Assembly: GCA_003344405.1 (NCBI GenBank)
Contig: NOWV01000116.1
Span: forward strand, 186,001 to 244,246
DNA: 58,246 nucleotides
Direction: 5' to 3'
From: Trichoplax sp. H2
Taxonomy: Eukaryota
The notes below the pieces were generated by a model. That model made no database searches, had not been told where the DNA came from, and worked only from the letters and a program-made list of their open reading frames with translations. Shown here in pieces: positions 35,701 through 48,100 of the stretch. The stretch's first letter is position 1. Each line of letters begins with the position of its first letter. A program made the position numbers and the translations under genes.

Positions 35701-38700
35701 TTGAAAGCATCTACGCTTTACTGTTATCTTTGTCATGGATAATACTTCAAATTAGCTTACTCGCAATTACAACACTAACACTGGATTCTTCATCAAGTAC
35801 TATTAAGATAATTCTTACACCAAATTTGTTTGATCGATATCAATTAATTTTTTATTATGAAAGCCAGGAGTGTAATTATGATCGCAAAATTTATTTAGAA
35901 GGAAGTCAATGAATTACATAATTTCAAGCGATGGCATATAACAGAAAAATACTATATCATTTCTTAGTCCTTCAGAATATCATGCATACTACTGAACTTA
36001 TACCTGCCGTTAGTTAATACTAGCTTAACGGTTGATCGATGAACTTACTTTTTAAAGTTCTGAAATTTACTCAATGTCTTAAAACTTCTTTCTGCTAATA
36101 TTTGTTGTCATGATTACATATTTAATTATGAACAAAAATGATGGTACGATCGATAATATTGATTTATCGGCGTAGTATAAGGTTAAGAAAGGTCTTGGAT
36201 CTTCACGTCAGGAATGCGAGTAAGTATTGCTCGTCTATATCCTAGAATATATTTTTATTCTTAAAATCAAGTCTAAAATCCATGTTATTTGACGATAGAG
36301 CCAGTGCGTCATTTAATATTCTACACATAGTTTTGTTAACACTGCAAAATCTTTACATCAACCTGATTTTAAAAGCAAATTTTTCCAATGCTTAATGATA
36401 CCGACGTACTACTGCGCTTTAGATTATAGTTTTTCTTAACAGAAAAACTATTGAAAAATATGAGAGTCGAATAAACTATACATTGTTCGATGTGACAATT
36501 GATCAAGCTACTGGCTTTACTTATAATAAATTCGACCATAATTAAGAATTTAGCTACAGGAGCCTTATATGAAGGAGCGCTTATCTAAGGCCTTACTTTA
36601 AGAAAATTAGGCTTTATACGCCGGCTTATCGGACTTTTTAGTAATTTAGATATTCTATAAATTCTCCTTTGCTTTATACTAACTGTAAAAAAGCTAATGA
36701 CATACTTACATAGTCTACATTCTTTGATTAAAGTTATCTCATATTAAAAGTAAATTTTATCGGTTCGGTTTGTTCTTTCGCCTGTAATTAATCAAATTAA
36801 AAGTGGTTTATTAGAAAACCAAAAATAATGTGCACTTAACCAAGTTCAGTCTATCATAAATTATCGTCTTCCATAAACAAGTATACTCGTACGGTGCCAT
36901 TTGTACAGCCATGAATGAAAATGAAAGTTGCATATCCTGATGGTACCATACCATTACTGGATTATTTCTGGACTTTTATCCTTGATTCACCTCAAGGACA
37001 ATAAATCAAATTTTTATAATCGAAGCTACTTCATCTAGCTATTGTATGTGTATAGTTGTTTTATAACGGTTCTACCCATTTAAGCCACGAATTTTTTCGC
37101 TCATCTTTTAAAAAATTTTATATTCAGGTAGTTGAGATATAGCATGTGAATTGTGCGGCATTAATAGGAATAATTCTTTTTGGATTTTTATTGTTGATGA
37201 TGTTTATTAATAATCTGTGATATTTATATCGAAATTTTAATATTGAGCATTTCGCTCAGTTGGATAGTAGGTTAATTATGAATAGATCAGAGCTACTATA
37301 TTAATTCACAATATACGTCGATAGCAATTTTTATTATATAGAACATGGAGTAAAAGTAGGTATAATTGCTACGATTGTTCGACTATAATCTGGATGATAC
37401 TGGAATCACAAAAATGACAGTCTTCACTTTAATATACATAAAACATAGACCGGAACTATCTTTTATAATATTTTCAGAAATTCTATCATAGTAATGCTTA
37501 TTATCAATAGCTTTACATCTTGGTTTAATTCAAACATTTTGATCATGTCCATTATATTTGATAGAGAAGATATTCAAGATAGACTATTGTAAATGGTAAT
37601 CATAACTACAATAACTTAATTGTTTACTTTGATCAAATCGTCGAAAGCAACAGTAAAATGCCTCTAATTGTGTTTACGGTCTTCATACATCATAGCTATT
37701 AAAGCTATTCCATGGATACAGTCATCAATTCTTAGTCTTACCTATTGAATTTCCGTCACTGTATCATCAAGGTATTGATAAATACTGTTATATAAGCTTT
37801 GTCCGGCAGTTACGTATAACGATAAATTTCATCAGTAATCACGTTCCACGCCGATATTTTCTTATATCCCTCATTGCTTTATTATTTTATTATTTTTAAT
37901 TGAACTCTGCTATTTTCCCCATCGTACTCCATTCTATGTTGTATGCAACAGAAATTTTAGATACTTTAGACCTCGAACGAATATTTATCAGATAACGTCA
38001 ATTTATAGGATAATGGGCTATATGTTACCTATTTCCTTTCGTACCTGTAACAATTTTAACTAGTATATATGAGAATTAGGCGAGTCCAATTTCTTTAATT
38101 AATGTGGAACTCATTAATTATTAATTGCTTAGAGCCTGAAATACTATAATAATCTATCACAACTTGAGAGAATTTAATACATATCAAGTAAAGTAGCAAG
38201 AAGTTAGCTATTTTATGACTAATTTCTGATGAGATATTTTTAGATACGATACGGAGTACAGGGTTGCATTTAATTTCTAAACATTGATTGGTATCATGAG
38301 ATATTATGGGAATCAAATTTTCTACTTTTGTTATTTTTCTAAGAGCTATTCTGTGGCTAATTTGAAAAAGTACTAGATTAAATAATTTTCTTAAATCAAC
38401 AGTTGAAAAAGGAACCTGTTCATAAAATTTATATTTTCAAAACTAGACAATATAATCCAACAGAATGATATATACCAGTACGCTACAGTGAAACGATTCT
38501 ATTAATATAACCATAGTAAACTAGTCACTTCTAAATAATATAGGAAATTGTAATTCATTTCATTTTTTATACGCATTGCATTCAACATTAATAATTGGTT
38601 TATTCATTTTTGATGCTATAGATGGTTAATCAACTGAGATATTAAAGCATTACTGCGTTAGAGATAGATTTATTGGAAACTCCTATCCAATCAAAGCCAT

Positions 38701-39082
38701 TCAACGCCATTTCCTCAATAATTACTGGCACCCTTTGTTATTCTGATTGATTTAACTGAAAACAGTCTATCAATACAGTTTCCCTGTCTAATATAAGTCT
38801 ATTATTAATGATAAATTCAGCATTTGTTTATTTTATAAAGCTTTAACAACTTGAAATTGCTGGATACCAATCATCCTGTTACGAATCAGTTTCCACTAAA
38901 CGTTTCTATCGAATCACTTAAACGATCATTCTGTGTCTTATCAAATAACGAATAATATCGTTATATACATGAGCGTCTAAGTGACTGGAAAACCTTTTTA
39001 ATTCTACTGATCTGTCAAGGGTGGTTGTACGAATATTGAATTGAGTTGCCTTGAATTATTTTAGATGGAATAAATATCAAAG

Positions 39083-40180
39083 ATGAATAACTGTGCCGTT
39101 TGGAATACGAGTACTGCGTCTGTACCATTTAAAAGACAATATGCTGCAGTTATTCCCGCTTCATTAATATGTATTACGAATTTGGCGATGGTTCTTTTAA
39201 TTTTATGGAAAAGAAAATTAAGAACAACAACCAATGCAATTATTTGCAGTAGCTGTATTACATCGATCATATTCTCAATGACGTTAATCCTCAATGCTGC
39301 AATCGTAGCGATAGTGCCCAAACAACTTGGAAATTTTTTCTTAACCTCAGTTATCAATCCCACCCTTGAATTAACCATAGGAGCCATTTTTAATTTTCAT
39401 ATTACCATTATAAGTGTGGAACGCTTCTATTCAGTTATACACCCGTTTCACTATCGTCGTCATGCTAATTCTCGTAATACCATCATAGTTTTGATCGTAG
39501 TCTGGCTATTACCAATAATTATAGTGTATATACCGCTACATCTGATGCAAGTAGAACATAAATTGTGCCCACAACGCTTCTATAATGAAAATGTTAATTT
39601 CTTCTATATCATGATATCCTTCATATTTTTCTTACCGCCACTTGTCATCGCAATAACCTACATTATAATTATTATTAAAGTCTTTTCCATGAAAGATGAG
39701 ACATGGGCTTCGCATACAGTCGGTATGATTACGTTAGCTACCGCTCATGCAGTAGCATTATCGAGTAATAATATCAATATGCAACAGCGGTCTTCTCGCT
39801 TAAGCAAAATTCGACATCGGAATAATAATAATCAGCAAATGACATTTCGACATAAAAAAGCGCTGCTACAAATGTTGCTCTTGATTGGTATCTATTCGAT
39901 AGCTTTATTCCCATTCTACATTGTGATTCTTCTATATCTTCAAACATTTGATGACAATTTCCTTACTGCAACTTATATAACCTATTTGGTGGCCATTACA
40001 TATTTACTCATTCATCCTATCTTGTCAGCAATCTTTATTTCTTCCATTAAAGAAGAATGTAGGAGAATATGGTGTCGATTGACGAATAGATGCACAGTGA
40101 ATAAGATTTCGCCGCGAAAAATCTGTTTATCTAGATGCAATAATTCCATTACACTAGTTCAGAAGTATTCATCTAGCTGA
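39083..40180 (+). CDS. Intronless orphan class A (rhodopsin-like) GPCR, 365 aa
   Basis: Seven hydrophobic segments. N-terminal sequon NTS; TM1 TN followed by ILWKRKLRTTTN; TM3 ISVERFYSVIHPFHYR; TM4 VWLLP; TM5 FFLPPLVIAITY; TM6 ALFPFYI; TM7 IHPIL; helix 8 SIKEECRRIWC. Confidence 0.93.
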   Translation: MNNCAVWNTSTASVPFKRQYAAVIPASLICITNLAMVLLILWKRKLRTTTNAIICSSCITSIIFSMTLILNAAIVAIVPKQLGNFFLTSVINPTLELTIGAIFNFHITIISVERFYSVIHPFHYRRHANSRNTIIVLIVVWLLPIIIVYIPLHLMQVEHKLCPQRFYNENVNFFYIMISFIFFLPPLVIAITYIIIIIKVFSMKDETWASHTVGMITLATAHAVALSSNNINMQQRSSRLSKIRHRNNNNQQMTFRHKKALLQMLLLIGIYSIALFPFYIVILLYLQTFDDNFLTATYITYLVAITYLLIHPILSAIFISSIKEECRRIWCRLTNRCTVNKISPRKICLSRCNNSITLVQKYSSS

Positions 40181-43100
40181 TGATCACTTTTAAATCGAAT
40201 TTTTTTATATCTACAGTTGTAATAAATGATCAATAAATTTACATTTTACTGTTACTGTTTTTAAGTAGAAAATGCTTTTATTAGAATTTGATTTATTAAT
40301 ATTATAACGAATAGCTCTCATTTTTCACAATGAACTATAGTATTGGTATGTTTGATAATCTTGACAGCAATTTACGATTATTAGATCATGCTTGTTGTAC
40401 CTCTCATGAAGTTAATGATGGTCAGCTCAGATAAGGGTCTAATAATTTTTGAGAAAAAGGATGATTCATTTCTATCTCTAACTAGGATAACAGTATAGAA
40501 TTACCAAAATAAAACTTGATCTACTTCAGTTTTCTAGCAAATCTAATTCGATAGTTATTTATTCTGAATTCCAAGCATTATTATTAACCGTGGTTGGAGC
40601 ACTGGCATCATGAATTGAAATTTTTCCCCTAAATCTAGAAAGTAAAACTTTCTGTAATTCTTAATGAAAGGAATATCTGTTTCTGGGCGATATATTGCTT
40701 TTTAGCTGCTACATTATAACGAGCTTCATAATGTTTTCCAGTATTTTGAATTTGATTCTAGGCAATTGTAATTAGTTCATATAGAAAGAGTAAAATAAAT
40801 GTCACTGTTGATAAGAATTAAGAATAGAAATTTATCATGGTATTTTTCGACCGTATTAGTTAGCAGTTTTGATAATTCTTAAGATATATTTCTTACTTTT
40901 CTTTCTCTAACGTGGCATCCATTCTACTATATCATGCACCTCTGTAAAATACTATCGAGAAAAGTGATAATGCTTGATCTATGTATGCGAGATAATATCA
41001 TTTTCATGCAAGCTTAATATGGTATTTGGTCTTTACAAGTTTAAGAATACTAATGGCTACCATCTGAAAATGCAGTAGCCTATTAAGTTGCATTCAGAAC
41101 CTACATTAGTCGATAGTTACCAGTATTAACTGGCATAATGATATATGTTAATTTAAGCCCTGCTCTTAATGTACTAAAAATCAAGAATAGTCATTTTTAT
41201 AAATAACTAAGACCAACTTTATAAATCTGCTTATTGTCATGGGGGGGGGGATTGATTAGGATTTCAACCCGAAATTATCAGTGTTCCTTCATCTAACATG
41301 AAGCTCATAAAATAGGCTAGTGCTAGGCATTTTCTAAATTTAAGAAATACGTCAATCAATCGCTAATTTCTATAGTTCAGGATAGGCGTTTGCAAATGTC
41401 TACTATTTGATATGTATAGCATTAAAGTTATGATAGTATTTCAGAAGTTTAGCTTCGATTTGGATTGATTTCTTATTATTGACTTTGTAAACGTTAAATA
41501 CATTCGTAAACTCATCATTGCTGTCATATATCATCCTTACAACAGCAATTACATCAGAGTTGACAACAATTGCTTCCTTAATCAGTATTTGCTTATTATT
41601 ATCAATTTTTATCAGAATTATGAAAGAAGAGAAACCGTGAAAATTATTTTTCCAACTTGAAAGGAGAATTTCACTGTTATTTGCTGATAGCGACGGAAAT
41701 GAAGCGATCGTATTGTGGATTTTTTTGATGTTAATTCGATAAGGTAGACATTTAAAAACACAATTTTGATTTTATTCGTTAATTATTTATCATAAGCGTA
41801 ATCTGCACTTTAGTTTGAGTCTTGATAATTATTTCTTCTACCTTTATGACTTTGTAGTATTAATTAAATCAACTTCTTGAATTAATTTGTTTCGATAAGT
41901 ACTTTCTCTACAATAAATTTTCCATCAAAAATAACATTTTACTACAACGATGCTGTGAAGTATATTTCTAATCGAGTTAATCTCGCTTTCTAACAATTAG
42001 ATATTTCGTTTTAACTTGATTAGTAGTAGTGCTGTAAGTCAAAATAAATTGGAATTACTCTTTAGGATTATTACAGTAATTAAATAAACTTAGAAGAATT
42101 TTATAATGAGAAACGGATGGATGCTATTGTAAACCTTTCAACACCTTATTTTAATTCAGCAATAAAGAGTATTGAGTCCTTGCTTAAGGGTACAGCAGCA
42201 TTTTGTGATAGTTTGCAGAGTTGCTTATAATTTATAAACCAATGCCTACAAAATGACTTTATATAGTCAAATAGATACCATCTAGATCCTGTGATAGTAT
42301 TTTATGGTACGGCAGTAATCGTACTTATTGGTGATTGATTCTCAGGTAAAAGACCGCCTATAATTGTTCTTGTTTTAATATTATCGCTCGTTATTAATTG
42401 AATAAGTTACGGGTTTATTCGATATCTGAATATATATACGACCATAATATGATAGTTTATGCTATCTTAACGATATAAATAAACCTCGATCATAATTATT
42501 GCCGGTAGAAACTGTAGTTATGTAACTGATATGCAATACAGCAGATGTCAAGTGTATTGTTAGAGTCGAATATAAAGAATTTATTAGTAAGTTTAGAAGT
42601 AATTACCCGATCACAATAGTACAGAGTGTTTGGATTATATATCTATCTATATATATGCCGAATTCTTAAAAGGAATGCAATTAAATTATTAATCGGCCTG
42701 TAATGCAATTGGGAAATTTGAGTTATGGAATTCTGGTTAAGTATAACAAGTTTTATATTGGTTTTAGAAGAAATTCTAATCAAGCTATACAGTTATTGGA
42801 GAAGTTGCTGTCTGATTTTAATAATGTCAGTGAGCAATGATCAAACTGCTACTGTCTATTCTCTTAAGGAAATAGAATTACGTAACCGACCAGTCACCAT
42901 TTTTTGGGATTTACTGATGATGATCTACTGTGCTGATGATAGCACCGGAACATATACCGGCACTCTAAAGAAAATGTTGTTGCTTTACTAGTTGTCAACC
43001 TAGTATATACTTAGATTAATGTTAAGGTAGATAGTAAATCCACGCCAGATATTTCTTGAAGTTCTTTAGAATTGCTAGCGTTAATACTGTAGACCAGATG

Positions 43101-44613
43101 CCTAGACAAGTGATGGCTTGAAGTGCAAGATGAGGGCTTTTCGACTATATCTGCAAGGTTATACAGCCACAAATCGATTAATTGAAAGCAATATGTACAG
43201 CACCTATAATTAGTACATAAGATAGAAGAAGAAGAGCTAAATTTATGAAACTGCACCTAAGTATCATTTCGTTGAGGAAAGGATTAGTCACTAACAATTT
43301 ATTACCGCTATGGTCTTCAATAACGATAACTGAAGGCTGAGTAATGAAATTTTTGTCACTAGAATAAAGATTTGGAGATCTATTATTTTGATGATATTTA
43401 ATTTTCGATGTTATAACAGCGCAGATTATAGATAACTTTAGCCGATTTCTATGCCTAATAGTAATGAGCTACTACGTTTCTGAAGTGAAATCTGATCTAA
43501 AATTTCTGGAAAGCATAATATTGATTTGATGAGTCTTCATTTTAAATAATAATAACAATTATTTTGATTAATTTTAATAATAATGATATATTTTTCGGAA
43601 GGCTTCATGCTCTTTTACTTATACGGTATTTAACTTGAGACTAAGGAAGGATTTTTGCAGCAGGTAATATTTTAACAGTTTACACCAGCAAACTTCAATT
43701 AAAACACAAAACTATCGTTTTATATGTTAACATAAATGTATTTTTATAATATACTGGATGTTTGCTAATTATTAGAAATAATCTAGAAGTTTAAATCAAT
43801 AACTGACTTGCCTATAAACACCGATCATCTACCATAATAAAATGATAAGTTATTATCCGTCGATATATTCGCTAATCTGTCATGTTTGTCGCGAAAAGTA
43901 ATCTAAATTGCTCTAGCAGAATGTATTATTTTGTGAAATAATTTATTACTTTGACTCTTTGAGACAGACTGCATAAAAAATTACATTTTATTAATGCCCT
44001 GTGGCATATTTCCAATAGAAACTAAGTGAAAATCTGTACGAGTAGTATGTATGATGTAATGATTTTATTAGAGCACTACAGTAACTATAAATCTTTACAA
44101 GTATTACATTTAGGATTGTATATGTTATTGGTAGTTTTATATTCATCGATTAGTGAATATTTGTTCTGTTAATAAATTCTGCAATATTTTATGGTATAAT
44201 TATATTAACATACTTAGATCTTTCTATCAGTAATCAACGACCTAAATTGTTATATTACTTGGTGACATCTATTTGGATATTTAAGGACGCATTTTCACTC
44301 AAATCACGCTATTCTTTACTTTAAAATTATTATGAGGCCATCCATTGGACGAAAATGATAGCAAATGTCATTTTGTTCACATTTGACGAAATGATTGACT
44401 ATAATTCAAGGAAGAATATGCTTCTGTATTGTTATTGTTTAGATTTTAATGAATAATAGCCGTATAATTAATATCAAAGACGATTAATGTAATAATGACA
44501 GTACATTAATCAGCATATGGAGATGAATATCATAATCTACCTTGGTGTTATATGATATGAATGGGAAACACATGACTCGGATAGAGTTTAAGGATTAGAA
44601 TAAAATACGTAAG

Positions 44614-45123
44614 TGTCACGCTAAGAGTAGACTAGACTTAGGCTTTTAAATTAGTTTATTAAATAAAGGTAGTCTTGACATCCAAGACTACTCTAACTAC
44701 ACGCGTACACCACACGGTCAATCGTCAACTCAATAGCTAATGAGAGCATCGGGCTTTATATACCCTAGCTCGGTTGCACTCGGTGCACAGCTTAGATAAA
44801 TAACCCTAAAAATATATAGCTTTCGTATAGCCGATGGCAGACGGCGTAAACAACACTAATGAGTTACGAACTAATTAAAAGCCAATTAACAATCAAAGGC
44901 TCGGCACAAAGTAACAGAAATTACCATGTGTGAATATTAGTTGTCATCTCTGTAAATACACTATTCTGCACAGAGTCTACAACAAGTATAGCTAGACTAC
45001 TAACAACGTTACAATTATCGAATACCTAATAAATAAAGGTTATTAGAAATTAATAAAAAATCTTAATTACTAATTACTAAAACTAACGCTACAATTAATT
45101 TACGGAGTCTGTACTCCGTCACA
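44614..45123 (-). mobile_element. Solo LTR (510 bp) of an LTR retrotransposon
   Basis: Termini TGTCACG...CGTCACA (TG...CA, 6/7 inverted match) with a perfect 5-bp TSD GTAAG at 44609-44613 and 45124-45128. On the minus strand, TATATAAA (44755-44762) is followed about 95 bp later by AATAAA (44655-44660). Confidence 0.85.
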
Positions 45124-48100
45124 GTAAGCGCAAAGGATACAATATACATTTTATTGAATATTTCATGTAGGAAATCGTTATCGTAATGGAGAATACGTGG
45201 TGGCGTTAGCTAATTATATTAATTGTAAGTTCCTAAAGCATGATAGTATTGGAAAGAAAGGGCTATATGGCATATACTAATTAAACTACGTATTTATATT
45301 GTCTGATGCAATAATGAGCGCAAAATAGTTTTAAGAGTTAAAAGGATCGTAATTAAAACATAAAGTCTTGATATTTCTCCGTTGGATGTACTTGGTTAAG
45401 GTAAAAAATGCTTCTCATTGCGTTACATTTAGGGAAAGTATCACTGGTGAGTGAAAAGCTTGCGTTTTGCTTTCATATTGAAAAATATAAGCCTTTTCAG
45501 GTTTTAGCTTTGCGTCCATTTTAGTATACAAATGACGAATTTGCAGCCAGCATTAACAGCCCTAACAGAGGCTTATATTTATCTTAATTAAGTAACCTAC
45601 TATAACTACAGTAAATTACAGAATCTAATTATAAGCCTACACAAGATTAAGTTATTACTAAATTCTGGTAAAAATGATTTGGAAGATAAAGCGAGTTTAA
45701 TCTGAAGAAATACTATCGCAGAGTTAAATATTGAAAACTGTAACGACGATAATTAAAACTATTGCAAGGAAATTATCATTAGAAGTCTCCCATCAGATTT
45801 TCCCTCTCTGTCATCTAAATATCGTAAGATTTTCTGTCTCACATTTTTAGTAGGTAAAAATGACATTTTATCTGTCTTAGATGAAATTAAGCCGAAATTA
45901 TATAAAAAAATCAGTCTGCTTATAGTTTAATTACTATGACATGAGAATTTATAATTTTGATAATCACAAAAACATTATGGAACTATGCTCTTATCTATTA
46001 AAATCATGGAAAAAAGTCGTAGGTAATCAATATTAATACATCCTTTTATAAGGAATCTTATAAAGATTATGTTACAGCTGCTATGCAAAAGTTATTCCAT
46101 TTACACAGTAAAGTCTAAAAGAGAAGATTTCATAGTCAGTAATACTTTTAAATAATCCAGAGAAATCTATTAAAATATAACAGGAATCCTGAAAATTCTT
46201 GGCTAATTGAATCTCTTAGTTATTTCAGAATAAAAATACTGTATGTTTGCTACCGAAAGAAAATAAAAGTGTCCATATAACATCTTTCAAGTCTTCGGTT
46301 CATTTGCTTCCATTAGGACACTTTATGGCAATTTTAGTTACATACCGGTATTCTCTACGGCGTTTTATATACCAATTTAATCACTTGCGCTTTGATAAAT
46401 CCTGAAGTACTATTGTAGCGTGAAGCTATAAATTCTTATAAACCTTGATTTAAATTGGTGTATCTTATTTCCTAAATTTTAGTAGCTAACTGAAAAGTTT
46501 TACCCGAAATTCTATCTGGAGGATTCCGTTTATTATTCAATTTTAAATACTGGCAATCATCTTATTATCAAGACCATTTTTACTAAAACTAAATAATTAG
46601 CGTTATCTGTGATTAAAATATTTGTGCCTGCGCAATAAATATACCGATAGGCTTGCGCTAGATTCTTTTTTAGACTCTCCTATATTATGTTATTGCAGAT
46701 TAAAATCTACTATGAACTGAAAAAAGATACTGTTACGATGCTATACTTTGAATTCAGATAGCTCAATTTGGATCTCATTTAACTATAAATTTCAGTTATT
46801 AATTATTAACTTAATTTAAGATTAGTAGTGTCATTATTAGTCATGATTATTAGGCTGTTTTACTAAGCAGTAGTTGTATTCTGACGTATAATTCAGTAGA
46901 GTTGGTTTCTTAATATTTACTATATTAGGCTGTGCTTGACCGGATACTAGTTAAAATAATGGCAATGCTAATTGTATTTTGATCAGTCTTATACTTGTGT
47001 AGGATCGATTAGTCTTCCATTATAGAACCCCTTTGTTATTATACTTTACAATAAAAATATATTCATAGCTAGCACTGTCACTTATTCACTGTGAATCTAG
47101 TACAAATTAAATTATTTAAACCGATCAGATATGTGGTAATATTGCACCAATACCTAAGACTGTACAGTAAGAAGTCACACACCCATACCTTTACTGCTAA
47201 AAATGTGCTCGCAGATAGAATCATTTCGTAATTACTGTGTAGAATTTCGTTTGGAACGTTGTACAAATTCCACATTCAATCTGTTCTTAAATACAGTCAG
47301 TAATATTAAAATACGGCACTACAAATATTGTCATAATTTAAACTCTGCTGCAAGGAAATGTACAGTAAAATCTAAAATCTATTAGGTAACTACTGACTTA
47401 AAAGCTCTTTAACTAAACGTTAAATACACAAAGCAGAGTACCGTAAAGATAGAACTTGTATTAGCATAAACGTATCTACAACTTTTCACCACGCAACCCA
47501 ACTCCAATGTTCCCGATTATATAGGAACCATCTAATTTGTAAACAAGAACAGTATTATTATTATACCTTACTAGGACGGACATCTCGAACTGACATGTTC
47601 CTCACAATGCTTTCCTATCAGTAAATATTTTCAATCTCTTACCCATACTTAATTTTAATCTAAGCATGTATGTTCTCTAGTTCAACTATCATTGGCTAGA
47701 ACTTAGGTAATCTTACTACTATCTACGCATAATAATTAATATCAAATATGCAATAAACTATCACAAATAATCTACACGTTAAGGCATTATTTATCTTACC
47801 TTGCACTACAAATATGGATATTTTCTATATCAACTAATACTGTACTATTAAACTATCCTATCGATAATGTATCATTTAAGGATATCGTCTTTCAGTATTC
47901 AGGTTTAGTTATCCTTATAAAAGCGTATTTGTGATACCCTATTGAGAATTTTCATCTATATATTATTGTGTATTTCGTCTAGCTATAATTTTTATCAAAC
48001 TGTAATTATCGTAATAAATATTATAATTTGGGTACAAAATTTTGAGAGAGACTGCTATCTTTACCAATAGAACTACTACTTATGGGTCATGAATGATTTT

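Noticed and set aside
39061-39387. 108-aa minus-strand ORF
   Set aside because: Antisense shadow of the GPCR.
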